Counted from the first letter of the stretch, positions 27,340 to 37,197 are shown. The stretch: DNA of 41,324 bases from a virus (IMGVR_UViG_3300035135_002740:1-41324); one strand, 5' to 3'. Notes: generated by a model not told the origin, from the letters alone. Translations and numbers: made by a program.

Positions 27340-27516
27340 ATGCGTAAAATACGAGACCCTCTTAAAAATGGTTTCTATGGTATTGACTATGTTCTCTGGG
27401 GTAAAGACAGAGTTGCTGTTCACTTTGATATGGTTTCGGCGCAACAAGCAATGATGTCTATGATCAAACGTGGAGTAGAAGTGAAAGGGATGAGAGAGAT
27501 TAAGATTGATGAGTAA
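27340..27516 (+). CDS. Hypothetical protein (58 aa)
   Basis: MRKIRDPLKNGFYGIDYVLWGKDR...; fills the gap and overlaps the next start. Confidence 0.5.
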   Translation: MRKIRDPLKNGFYGIDYVLWGKDRVAVHFDMVSAQQAMMSMIKRGVEVKGMREIKIDE

Positions 27517-27736
27517 AAGAAAAAGTGCCTGGAGAATCTGGGCAAAAGCACTAGGAGAAAAAAGTGGAAAAACAGATAGAGAATCAGATATTATTGCTTG
27601 CATACGCACCTTTATTTTTGTTTCTTACTTGGTTACCAATGTGGCTATTGTTGCTAATGCAATACGACACTGGAATGATGTAGACTATCAGAATAATTCT
27701 TTACTACATAATACGAGCACTATTCAAAACTCATGA
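27509..27736 (+). CDS. Phage membrane protein, hypothetical
   Basis: WRIWAKALGEK...ANAIRHW with one TM segment. Confidence 0.7.
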   Translation: MSKRKSAWRIWAKALGEKSGKTDRESDIIACIRTFIFVSYLVTNVAIVANAIRHWNDVDYQNNSLLHNTSTIQNS

Positions 27737-28401
27737 AAATTTTTCTTGATACTGCTGATGTTGAAATGATTCGTCCAGCATATGAGACTGGACTAATCGA
27801 TGGAGTAACAACAAATCCGTCTCTTATTTTGAAGAGTGGAAGAACACTATCTGAAGTAGCAAAAGAACTTGTAGAATCATTTCCAAATTTGGAAAGTATT
27901 TCTACAGAAGTAGTAGCAGATACTGCTGAGGAAATGATCGCACAAGCAGAAGAGTTTATTCCTCTCGCACCAAAGGTGATTACTGTTAAAGTTCCTTGCA
28001 CAGTTGAAGGATTGAAAGCATGTAAGTATCTTTCTGATCATGGTGCAAAAGTTAATGTTACGTTGGTATTTTCTGTTTCACAGGCAATTCTTTCTGCAAA
28101 GGCAGGAGCAACTTATATTTCTCCGTTCTTAGGGCGTTGGAGAGATAATTCTATTGATGAGATTGAACTCATTAAGAACATTCGTAAAGTGTATGATAAT
28201 GAGTGGACATTCAATAATCCAAATATTCTTGCAGCATCTATTCGTGATGTGATGCAAGTAGAAAAGTCTGCTTTTTATGGTGCCGATGTTTGTACAATGC
28301 CTCCACTTGTTTTTTGGAAGATGTATAAAAATATTATGACCGATAAGGGACTTGAAATATTTCAGAAAGATTGGGACGAAGCGAATGGAAAAACCTCATA
28401 A
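27733..28401 (+). CDS. talC: Transaldolase (TalC/Fsa family)
   Basis: IFLDTAD, GVTTNPSL, VKVPCT, NVTLVFS, YISPFLGR, LAASIR. Confidence 0.96.
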   Translation: MKIFLDTADVEMIRPAYETGLIDGVTTNPSLILKSGRTLSEVAKELVESFPNLESISTEVVADTAEEMIAQAEEFIPLAPKVITVKVPCTVEGLKACKYLSDHGAKVNVTLVFSVSQAILSAKAGATYISPFLGRWRDNSIDEIELIKNIRKVYDNEWTFNNPNILAASIRDVMQVEKSAFYGADVCTMPPLVFWKMYKNIMTDKGLEIFQKDWDEANGKTS

Positions 28402-28966
28402 GTTATACATTGGTGGAACTGGTAGGGCAGGCACAACATTTTTAGTCTTAATATTAAAGACTTTAGGTGTGGATGATAATAGTCCAGACTGGAAGTATGA
28501 TTCTGATGCAGAACTACCGCGTATTCCAAAAGGAGAATCTGGTGGAGAGGTTGGTGAACATACTCCAGAAAAAGATATTCCTTATCTTGTAAAATGTCCA
28601 GGATATATTACAAAGATTGATGGTATCGTACAAAAACATCATGTTGATTATTTTATAATTCCAATTAGGAATTATAAAGATGCTGCAAAATCTAGAGAAA
28701 ATATTGGTGGTGGTAAACCTGGTGGACTTTGGTCTGCAACAAATGCAAAAGAGCAAAGGGAATTTTATTATGAGATAATGGCGGAATACTTATATAAAAT
28801 GACTGTTTATGATGTACCAACTATTTTCATAAACTTTGAAAGAATGATATCTGATGATAAGTATTTGTATGAAAAGATAAAACCAGTTTTGCGAGAAAGT
28901 ATTACTTACGAAAATTATAAAGAAGTTTATGACCGAGCAACAGAACATCAAACCTATGGAAAATGA
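28385..28966 (+). CDS. Sulfotransferase-like P-loop protein
   Basis: GGTGRAGTT (5'-PSB-like), VKCP, IPIRNYKDAAKS (3'-PB-like), INFE. Confidence 0.6.
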   Translation: MEKPHKLYIGGTGRAGTTFLVLILKTLGVDDNSPDWKYDSDAELPRIPKGESGGEVGEHTPEKDIPYLVKCPGYITKIDGIVQKHHVDYFIIPIRNYKDAAKSRENIGGGKPGGLWSATNAKEQREFYYEIMAEYLYKMTVYDVPTIFINFERMISDDKYLYEKIKPVLRESITYENYKEVYDRATEHQTYGK

Positions 28967-29069
28967 TAAGTGTCCTTATTGTGGGGAAATCAATAAACCA
29001 TGCTCGATAGTAAATAGTTTAGCAAGAGCATGGGCAAGAGCTGCCTGTGCAAAGAAGAACAATAAATAG
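28956..29069 (+). CDS. Small Cys-containing hypothetical protein (37 aa)
   Basis: MENDKCPYCGEINKPCSIVNSLARAWARAACAKKNNK. Confidence 0.45.
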   Translation: MENDKCPYCGEINKPCSIVNSLARAWARAACAKKNNK

Positions 29070-29092
29070 AATTAAATTGTATAGACATATAA

Positions 29093-30112
29093 GTGGCACA
29101 ACCATTTGAACTAGGGCAGTTAGCCAATTTAATTTCTGTAGATGATAGCAATCAGTCATTAGCTATCAGTACATCAGTAACTGTTTCTGTTGATGCTACA
29201 GTATCAAGTAATTTATCTGTTATTGGAACATCTGATTTAGATCGGATTAATTGTGGGATTATATCTGCAACATCAGTAGGAATTGGATCTACATTTTCAA
29301 CTAATGATTATGGTATTGAAATTGTTGGTATTGTAACCGCAACAACATTCAGTGGATCTGGATCATCACTAACAAATATTCCAAACTCATCTCTTGATAA
29401 TTCTTCAGTATCTTATGGTGGAGTTCAATTATCTTTAGGAGAATCTGATTCTACTCCAGCATTTGATTTAACTGATGCAACAGATCTTCCAGTTTCTACT
29501 GGTATTTCAGGTTTAGGTGCTAATGTTTCCACATTTTTAGCAACACCTTCATCAAGTAATTTAACATCAGCAGTAACTGATGGTGGAACTGGATCTGGAT
29601 CACTCGTATTGTCTGGTTCTCCTAGTTTAACTTCTCCAAGTATTGGAGAAGCAGAAGCAATTAGTGTTAATGCGACAGGGATAGTAACAGCATCTCAATT
29701 GGTTTCTACTTCTGGTGTAACCCTTGATGGTCTGTTAAAGGAAAATGTAAATATAGTTTCTGGTAAGGTAAGCGATTATAGTGATATTATAATAGAAGAT
29801 GGAATGGTTCATCTATTTACAACTGAAGAGACAACTACATTTACTCCAAATTTTAGATATAGTGCATCAGAAACATTAGATTCTAAGATGAGTGTTGGGG
29901 AAAATATATCGGTAAGTATTATTTACCCTGCAGATGCTGTTGGATATGGAGCAACTGTGACAATTGATGGATCTAATAAAGGTATAAACTGGTTGGCAGG
30001 AGGTGTTCCTGAAGCTGGAGGAGATGCTGGATATGATTACTATTCATATAATATAATAAAAACTGCATCATCAACTTTTGTAGTTTTAGCTAATGTTGTT
30101 AATTTTGTTTGA
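29093..30112 (+). CDS. Putative virion fibre/structural protein
   Basis: AATAAATA late promoter at 29061-29068; Ser/Thr-rich GIVTA/FSGSG motifs; YDYYSYNIIKT C-terminus. Confidence 0.7.
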   Translation: MAQPFELGQLANLISVDDSNQSLAISTSVTVSVDATVSSNLSVIGTSDLDRINCGIISATSVGIGSTFSTNDYGIEIVGIVTATTFSGSGSSLTNIPNSSLDNSSVSYGGVQLSLGESDSTPAFDLTDATDLPVSTGISGLGANVSTFLATPSSSNLTSAVTDGGTGSGSLVLSGSPSLTSPSIGEAEAISVNATGIVTASQLVSTSGVTLDGLLKENVNIVSGKVSDYSDIIIEDGMVHLFTTEETTTFTPNFRYSASETLDSKMSVGENISVSIIYPADAVGYGATVTIDGSNKGINWLAGGVPEAGGDAGYDYYSYNIIKTASSTFVVLANVVNFV

Positions 30113-30150
30113 TAAATAATTTTTAAGTTATAAAGATAGAAATATTTAAG

Positions 30151-32187
30151 ATGTCTAAAGCACATGAACTTGGTCAGTTAGGACATATTGTTAGTGTAAG
30201 TGATGGTATTTCTACTACAGTCTCTATTTCTGGAATAGTATCTGCTATTTCATTTAGTGGAGATGGTGCTAATTTATCAAATACTGGTGCTATTGTATCT
30301 GCTGGAGCGACTGTTGGAACTCAAAGAGTAGCACTAACTGATATCACTTCTGGTATCATGACAAGTGCAGCAACTGATTCTGCACTTGTATATGAATCTT
30401 CTACTGGTACTTTAAGTGCTACTTCATTTAGTGGAGATGGTGCTAATTTATCAAATACTGGTGCTATTGTATCTGCTGGTGCTGGAACTCAAAGAGTAGC
30501 ACTAACTGATATTACTTCTGGTATTATGACGAGTGCTGCTACAGATTCTGCACTTACATATGATTCTTCTACTGGTACTTTAAGTGCTACTGCATTTAGT
30601 GGAGATGGTAGTAATATTACTAATGCTGGTGCAACTCTTTCAGCAACTTCTGGTACAGAGAGAGTTGTTCTAACAAATTTGACTAGTGGTGCAATGACTG
30701 CATCTTCCACTGATTCAAATTTAACTTTTGATGCTTCTACTGGTACTTTAAGTGCTACTGCATTTAGTGGAGATGGTGCCAATCTTTCTAATACTGGTGC
30801 AACATTGAGTGCTGCGAGTGGTCAACAGAAAGTTGTACTAACAAGTCTCACTAGTGGTGTAATGACCACTGCAGCAACTGACTCTGCACTTAATTACAAT
30901 CAAAGTAATAATACTTTGGATGCGAATATAACTGGAATATCTTCTGTTACCGCAGAATGGACCATCGGTGCTGATGCTGGAAATACTTATTACACATTTT
31001 CGGGTCCTGGTCTTGATGGTACAGAACAAGATCCAAATATCTATCTAACACGAGGTCAGATATATAAGTTTACTAATAATATGGGTGCTCACCCATTTAG
31101 AATTCAGAGCACTGCAAATGGATCTCTTGGAACACAATATAATGATGGACTTTCAACAAATGATGTTGATAATGGGACAATAGAATGGGATGTTCAGATG
31201 GATTCCCCATCAACTCTTTATTATCAGTGTACCTCTCATACGTCAATGGGTGGTGCAATTTATATTGCAGATCCAAACTCAATATCAGTGGAAAGTTTAA
31301 GTTATAGTACTACTACTAATGTTGTTGAGACACATGGTAATAATCTTGCTAGAGTTAATGGTCAATGGACAGTTAACTCTAGTTCTGCATCAAATAATAT
31401 GGCTTATAATCCAAGACTACTAGTAAAGAATAATTATGCAACTCAATATGGTGGGCAACGAAGCTCTCAAGGTGTTATGGTAATTAAGTCCGTGGGAGAA
31501 AGCAATTTTATTATTGGTGGTTATAGTAGTATGAATATTAACCATGATAAATATTGGGGAGCAGCACACAATACTTGTCTTGGTTATAACTCTGGACTTG
31601 CTGTTGATAGTAGTGATACTCATAATACTGCTATAGGATCAAATACAGCTACTGCAACAGGAAACTCCTACTATAAAAATACTGCTATAGGATCTCAGGC
31701 AGGTAGTAACGGAACACCATCTGGTACTGGTAATTGTACGGCGATTGGATATAATGCACAATGGGGTGCTAGCGCATTAAATAAAGTAGTCCTTGGTGAT
31801 GCGAATATTGCAACACTAAGTTGTAATGTTCAAACAATTTCATCTCTGTCTGATCGTAGAGATAAAACTAATATTGTAGATATACCCGTTGGATTAAATT
31901 ATATTAATGCATTGAGACCAGTTAAATTTGATTGGCTAAGACGTGATGGAAGTAGTGAGGGAAGAAAAGCATTTGGATTTATTGCTCAAGAATTAAATGA
32001 AGTTCAAGAACAATTTGGATATAAAGAATATACCAATTTGGTGCTTGAACAAGATCCAGATAAACTTGAAGCTGCTCCAATGAATAGTTATCCAATTCTT
32101 GTTAAGGCAGTTCAAGAATTATCACAACAAAATCAAGATCTATTAAGAAGAATTGAAGAACTGGAGAATAGATTGAACAATGAATAA
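30151..32187 (+). CDS. Tail fibre with C-terminal intramolecular chaperone (peptidase S74)
   Basis: SDRRDKTNI, GFIAQE and LVKAVQEL coiled coil; NTAIG repeats; internal tandem repeats. Confidence 0.85.
   Translation: MSKAHELGQLGHIVSVSDGISTTVSISGIVSAISFSGDGANLSNTGAIVSAGATVGTQRVALTDITSGIMTSAATDSALVYESSTGTLSATSFSGDGANLSNTGAIVSAGAGTQRVALTDITSGIMTSAATDSALTYDSSTGTLSATAFSGDGSNITNAGATLSATSGTERVVLTNLTSGAMTASSTDSNLTFDASTGTLSATAFSGDGANLSNTGATLSAASGQQKVVLTSLTSGVMTTAATDSALNYNQSNNTLDANITGISSVTAEWTIGADAGNTYYTFSGPGLDGTEQDPNIYLTRGQIYKFTNNMGAHPFRIQSTANGSLGTQYNDGLSTNDVDNGTIEWDVQMDSPSTLYYQCTSHTSMGGAIYIADPNSISVESLSYSTTTNVVETHGNNLARVNGQWTVNSSSASNNMAYNPRLLVKNNYATQYGGQRSSQGVMVIKSVGESNFIIGGYSSMNINHDKYWGAAHNTCLGYNSGLAVDSSDTHNTAIGSNTATATGNSYYKNTAIGSQAGSNGTPSGTGNCTAIGYNAQWGASALNKVVLGDANIATLSCNVQTISSLSDRRDKTNIVDIPVGLNYINALRPVKFDWLRRDGSSEGRKAFGFIAQELNEVQEQFGYKEYTNLVLEQDPDKLEAAPMNSYPILVKAVQELSQQNQDLLRRIEELENRLNNE
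30250..30917 (+). repeat. Four in-frame tandem repeats of 168-174 nt within the fibre gene
   Basis: Units start at 30250, 30424, 30592 and 30760 with (S/A)FSGDG; CATTTAGTGGAGATGGT is in all four. Confidence 0.92.
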
Positions 32188-32211
32188 ATAATTTCAAATC
32201 GCAAGTTGCTT

Positions 32212-32583
32212 ATGACTCCTTTGCACTCTCCAAAAGAATACTTGTTCAATCTTTATACAACAAGTTCTGGGGAGGCAAAGCGATTGTGGAGAAAGCATAT
32301 AAAAGAAAAATGGGATTATGCTTGTGCATATTGTGGATCTAATGACACTTTAACAATTGATCATGTAGTTCCAAGATCTAAGGGTGGTAGCGACTTTACT
32401 AAAAACACGGTTTGTTGCTGTCACTCTTGTAATCAAGATAAGGGTCATACTCCTTGGGAAGAATGGTATTTCTCTCAGGAGTTTTTTAGTATTCAAAGGT
32501 ATGAAAAAATTAAAGAGTGGATAAAACCAGAACCACCAAAAAATTTATTTACTTATGGGAATAGACGTAATATTGTTTCTTAG
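32212..32583 (+). CDS. HNH endonuclease
   Basis: CAYCG, TIDHVVPRSKGG, CCHSCNQDKG. Confidence 0.9.
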   Translation: MTPLHSPKEYLFNLYTTSSGEAKRLWRKHIKEKWDYACAYCGSNDTLTIDHVVPRSKGGSDFTKNTVCCCHSCNQDKGHTPWEEWYFSQEFFSIQRYEKIKEWIKPEPPKNLFTYGNRRNIVS

Positions 32584-32588
32584 TGCTT

Positions 32589-32596
32589 TATAAATA
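32589..32596 (+). promoter_or_regulatory. T4-like late promoter
   Basis: TATAAATA upstream of ORF 32637. Confidence 0.75.
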
Positions 32597-32636
32597 TTCA
32601 AAGCACAGTGTGTTCTGGTAAATACCATAATTATAA

Positions 32637-34505
32637 ATGGCAACTCCGATTAGGATAAAACGCTCAGCAGTACCTGGAAAGGTACCTGCAGATGGAGCAC
32701 TACAATACGGCGAATTAGCTCTTAATGTTAGTGATGGAGAACTCTATGCAGTAAGAGATAGAGTTGGTGTTGGTTCTTATGTTGCTAAACTTGGTGCTGG
32801 TGCTACTGTTACTAACATAATATATGTAACTCCAGATGGAAAAGATACAAATACGGGAGAAAGACTCGGAGAAGCAAAAAGAACAATTAAAGCAGCAGTC
32901 GCAGACGCAGCAGAAGGAACAATTGTTAAGGTTGCTGCTGGATCTTATCTAGAAGATAATCCAATTGTTCTTCCAAAACAAATTAGTATCGTTGGTGATA
33001 GTTTGAGAGAAGTATCGATTACTCCTCAAAACCAAGGTGATTTATTTTATGTTACTAATGGAAATTATATTAGTGATTTATCATTTACGGGTGCATCTAA
33101 TAGCGGCGCATTATTTTCATTCAATCCCAACAAACCAGAATATATAAATCAATCTCCATATATTAGAAACTGTACTAATTTTATACCCGATAGTATTGGT
33201 ATAAAAGTTGATGGTACATATGCAATTGGACCAACGAAAAGTATGGTTTCCGATTCTTTCACACAATATAATTCAAATGGAATTGGTGCCTCAATGACTA
33301 ATGAGGGATATGCCCAATTAGTTGCATTGTATACTATTTGTACAGATAAATCTGTCTTTGTTGGTAATGGTGGACAATGTGATTTGAATGCATCTAATAG
33401 TTCTTTTGGAAATTATGGTTTAGTTTCTGATGGTATAAGCACGGTAAAATATACCGGTCTTTTACAAGAAGCTACTGATGCTGGTGTTGACGAGTTTAAA
33501 GTCTTAATTGATCAACCATCATATAGAATAGGTAATATAGAATATGATAATGTAAGTGGATTAGCTACAGTTACTCTATCTCAACCTCACAATTACGTTG
33601 TTGGTGTATCATACACAATGGGAAATGCGTATTTTTCTGTTAATGAATCATCAGAATTAGTACCAATTCCAAATACAAATAATGGTGATAATGGAATATT
33701 TGAAGTTCATTCCATTCCTTCTAACAATCAATATACTTCATATCTTGGACCATCTACTTTTAGTGGATACGTGTATGAACCAAACACGGGAGAAACTAAA
33801 AAATATGCTGTTAGACCGTACAATGGGCAGATAGTTTATTTTGATATACCATACTATTTTGTAAATAAAATAACTATAGATGATGGTGGATCTGGATATA
33901 CTTCTGTTCCAAACGTAACAATAACTAATCCACCAACTGACTTTGGTATTCCTGCAGTTGCAAGTGCAGACATTGAAAATGGATCTGTAACTTCAATAAC
34001 AATAGTAAATGCGGGTAGAGGATTTATTGGTGGGAATCCTCCAACGATAACTATTGATCCTCCAGATTCGGGGACGACTGCAACAGCGTCGTTAGAACTA
34101 GCACCAATATTTTATACTGTTGGTAGTTCAACTCCTATTTCTGCTGGTATTTCTACAATCACACTCACTGAAAAAGTTCCTTATGAATTCTCTTTCGGAC
34201 AAAATGTTGACTTCCATGTTCAAAGTAAAATACTTGCATCATCCCATGCTTTTGAATATGTAGGAACAGGAGTCACTATTAATCAAGCAGTACCAAACAG
34301 AGGTGGTGTTCCCATTCAAGAAAATGAAACTGATGAAATAGATGGTGGTATTGTTGTTTACACCAGTACTGATCAACTTGGTAGATTTAGAATTGGTGAT
34401 GGAATTGTTATTGACCAATCAACGGGAACAATAGGTGGTGATGATTATACACGGAGTTTATTTTCAACAATGACGCCACTTATCTTAGCACTAGGAGGAG
34501 ACTAA
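32637..34505 (+). CDS. Virion structural/fibre protein with beta-helix-like domain
   Basis: IRIKRS...GELALN N-terminus; YVTPDGKD..TIKAA..GSYLE..GDSLR pectin-lyase-like start; GGSGY repeats. Confidence 0.7.
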   Translation: MATPIRIKRSAVPGKVPADGALQYGELALNVSDGELYAVRDRVGVGSYVAKLGAGATVTNIIYVTPDGKDTNTGERLGEAKRTIKAAVADAAEGTIVKVAAGSYLEDNPIVLPKQISIVGDSLREVSITPQNQGDLFYVTNGNYISDLSFTGASNSGALFSFNPNKPEYINQSPYIRNCTNFIPDSIGIKVDGTYAIGPTKSMVSDSFTQYNSNGIGASMTNEGYAQLVALYTICTDKSVFVGNGGQCDLNASNSSFGNYGLVSDGISTVKYTGLLQEATDAGVDEFKVLIDQPSYRIGNIEYDNVSGLATVTLSQPHNYVVGVSYTMGNAYFSVNESSELVPIPNTNNGDNGIFEVHSIPSNNQYTSYLGPSTFSGYVYEPNTGETKKYAVRPYNGQIVYFDIPYYFVNKITIDDGGSGYTSVPNVTITNPPTDFGIPAVASADIENGSVTSITIVNAGRGFIGGNPPTITIDPPDSGTTATASLELAPIFYTVGSSTPISAGISTITLTEKVPYEFSFGQNVDFHVQSKILASSHAFEYVGTGVTINQAVPNRGGVPIQENETDEIDGGIVVYTSTDQLGRFRIGDGIVIDQSTGTIGGDDYTRSLFSTMTPLILALGGD

Positions 34506-34509
34506 TCTA

Positions 34510-34839
34510 ATGGCTTTATCTGCAAACATATTTAAAACAGTTACACAAGTTGCTTCATTAAGTGAAGTTGAAATTTATACAGCACCAACTGGATATACTG
34601 GTGTTGTTTTACTTGCTCAAGTTGCAAACATCGGTAGTTCTATGCATACTGTTTCTTTTTCACATAGAAGAAGTAGTACAACAACGGAAATTGTAAAAGA
34701 TTTTGCAGTTGAGGGAAAAGATTCTGTAAGTTTAATACATGGAAAACTTACACTACAGTCTGGAGATAAACTTGTTTTATCTGCTAGTGATGCAAGTAAC
34801 ATTAAATTTATTGGTAGTGTCTTAGAAACTCTAAACTAA
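34510..34839 (+). CDS. Small virion-associated protein (paralog of 40224)
   Basis: 109 aa; IYTAP, GKLTLQSGDKL, SVLE. Confidence 0.7.
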   Translation: MALSANIFKTVTQVASLSEVEIYTAPTGYTGVVLLAQVANIGSSMHTVSFSHRRSSTTTEIVKDFAVEGKDSVSLIHGKLTLQSGDKLVLSASDASNIKFIGSVLETLN

Positions 34840-34840
34840 A

Positions 34841-35311
34841 ATGGCTAAATTTCTTTCCGGTAGACAAAGACAATTAAATGTTGGTATTACTTCATATACC
34901 GCAGATTCAACAGTCCTTCAGGTTACTGGAAGAGTTGGTATTGGAACAACAGTATCACAAACTCCCTTACAGATTGATACCTTTGGTTTAGAAACAAAGA
35001 TAGGAACTTTTACTGCTAGTGCTGGAGTTACTCAAGATATTGATTCTTTTACTATATCAGAAACTGATTTTAAAGTTGTAGAATATACGGTTCATTTACA
35101 AAATGCATCGAGGTTTCAAGTTCAGAAAGTTTTGTTGATGCAAAACGGAACTACAGCATATTCTCAAGAATATGGAATTATGTATGATCCTGATTTGATT
35201 GTTTCTATTGGATCCACAATCTCTGGTGGTTTATGTAAACTTCAGGTAACCCCAGAGTTAGGTATAAGTGGATTGACCACATATAGATTCAGTAGGGGGT
35301 CAATATTCTAA
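34841..35311 (+). CDS. Putative structural protein
   Basis: VGIGTT motif; coupled in the late operon. Confidence 0.65.
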   Translation: MAKFLSGRQRQLNVGITSYTADSTVLQVTGRVGIGTTVSQTPLQIDTFGLETKIGTFTASAGVTQDIDSFTISETDFKVVEYTVHLQNASRFQVQKVLLMQNGTTAYSQEYGIMYDPDLIVSIGSTISGGLCKLQVTPELGISGLTTYRFSRGSIF

Positions 35312-37197
35312 TGAGAGCAAGATGGGTTGATGGAACACGGAGACTTGTTCTTGATCAAGATAGAAATGTTGTTGAACCATATACTGTTTGTGTTACTAAT
35401 AGTTCAATCTATAACTGGTGGAATGTACATAATTTATTAATAAATGATGGTGGAGAAGAGTTCATACCAAATAGATCTGTAATTTGTCTTAGTGAGATGA
35501 ACTTTTCTTCTAGGAGATCTGTTTATCTTTTATTTGAAAGTGAAGTGGAAGTATTGCGTAATCATCCACTAATTGAGTGGGTTGAAAGGGCATCGATGTT
35601 TAATCGGATTAAATGGGAACAAAGGAGAAATGATGAGTTTTTTGATAGGCATATTGATACTAATAGGTATAAACAAGATATTGTAAATAAAAGATCTTCT
35701 GGTAATCCTGGATCTGAATTAAATTTTACTCAGTGGGGAGTATATAGGCATCAATCAAAACAAAATAATTTTGTTGGACTGGGAACAACTTCAACTAGTA
35801 GTGATGTTCAGTATTCTTTGACTGGTAAAAATGTTGATGTTGTTATAATGGATACTGGTGTTCGATGGGATCATCCAGAATTTTTGAAGTTGGGGGTTAC
35901 AAATTTTTTAGGTGAAGATAGTACTAGAGTTAAAGATATATTAATTCATGGTTCTAGTAACTATGGAATTGATTGGTCATCACATGGACTGGTTGATCCT
36001 GGAACGGGAATTTTATCTAACTATACAATAGCAAATGTTTTACAGTCATCAGAATTTAATGGATCCTGGCACGGTAGTCATGTTGCTGGAACTGCTGCTG
36101 GTAATCAATTCGGTGTCGCTTTTGATGCAAATATATGGTCAATAGCTTGTGTGGATAGAAGTGATGTTGGATTTACAGATCCTTCTGATGGATTTGATTA
36201 CATTAGAATATGGCATAAGAATAAACCAATTAATCCACAAACTGGAAGAAGAAATCCAACTATTGTGAATTGTAGTTGGGGACTTAGACAATTTGTTTAT
36301 TGGTCTGACGTTAATACCTATCCATATACTGTAAATTTTAGAGGTGATACTTATAATTCTTCTGATGTTGAGGGATCATCTACATTTTTACCAGCAGTTT
36401 ATTATATGGATATAAACGGTGGTTATTATGAATTCACTTCCACTCATACATCTTCACAAGCAACTGCTGATGAATTGTTTGATGATGAAGAATGTAAAGA
36501 TATTATAGTTATTTGTTCTGCAGGCAACTCTGGAAATGGAAATGGAAAGCAAGATATTGAAGGTGGTGATGATTATGATAATAAATTTTTGACTGGATTA
36601 TTTTATTATGGTGATGTTGCTGCAGAGACGAGAGGTTCTGTTTCTGAACATTTTAATCGTTCTGGTACACCAGCAATTACTCATCAGGGGCAGGATGATG
36701 CTCCCATTGTTGTTGGATCATTAGATTCTACAGTATCTGTTAGTGGAATAACTTCAGAAAGAAAAGGATCTTACTCAAATAATGGTCCGGCAATTGATAT
36801 TTGGTCGGCAGGATCAACAATATTAAGTCCATATGACGATGGATATCAAGATCCTAGAAATAATTCTTTTTATAATGATTATCTAAATGGAACTAGTATG
36901 GCTGCACCAAATGTTACGGGTGTAGTTGCTTTACATTTAGAATCTAAACCATTATCAACAAGAGTTGATGTTAGAAAATGGTTAGATAATCATGCATCAT
37001 CCGATATAAGTGATAATTTTTTAGATGCAACTGGTAATCTTGATCCCGTTGGTGCTGGTACTTCTCAACTTTATTGGGATGATGCATATGGGTTGAGAGG
37101 ATCTCTTAAAAAGGTTTTGTATAATCCATATTCTAATAATGAAGTTCCTTCAGTATCTGGAATAACACTAGATCAAATATCATTTACTCAATCATAA
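35311..37197 (+). CDS. Subtilisin-like serine protease (peptidase S8)
   Basis: Triad motifs VDVVIMDTG, HGSHVAG and GTSMAAPNVTG; oxyanion SAGN; NCSWG. Confidence 0.92.
   Translation: MRARWVDGTRRLVLDQDRNVVEPYTVCVTNSSIYNWWNVHNLLINDGGEEFIPNRSVICLSEMNFSSRRSVYLLFESEVEVLRNHPLIEWVERASMFNRIKWEQRRNDEFFDRHIDTNRYKQDIVNKRSSGNPGSELNFTQWGVYRHQSKQNNFVGLGTTSTSSDVQYSLTGKNVDVVIMDTGVRWDHPEFLKLGVTNFLGEDSTRVKDILIHGSSNYGIDWSSHGLVDPGTGILSNYTIANVLQSSEFNGSWHGSHVAGTAAGNQFGVAFDANIWSIACVDRSDVGFTDPSDGFDYIRIWHKNKPINPQTGRRNPTIVNCSWGLRQFVYWSDVNTYPYTVNFRGDTYNSSDVEGSSTFLPAVYYMDINGGYYEFTSTHTSSQATADELFDDEECKDIIVICSAGNSGNGNGKQDIEGGDDYDNKFLTGLFYYGDVAAETRGSVSEHFNRSGTPAITHQGQDDAPIVVGSLDSTVSVSGITSERKGSYSNNGPAIDIWSAGSTILSPYDDGYQDPRNNSFYNDYLNGTSMAAPNVTGVVALHLESKPLSTRVDVRKWLDNHASSDISDNFLDATGNLDPVGAGTSQLYWDDAYGLRGSLKKVLYNPYSNNEVPSVSGITLDQISFTQS

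Noticed and set aside
30250-30917. CRISPR array or diversity-generating retroelement repeats
   Set aside because: Repeats are in-frame coding units without unique spacers, differences are not adenine-specific, and no cas or reverse transcriptase gene is in the window.
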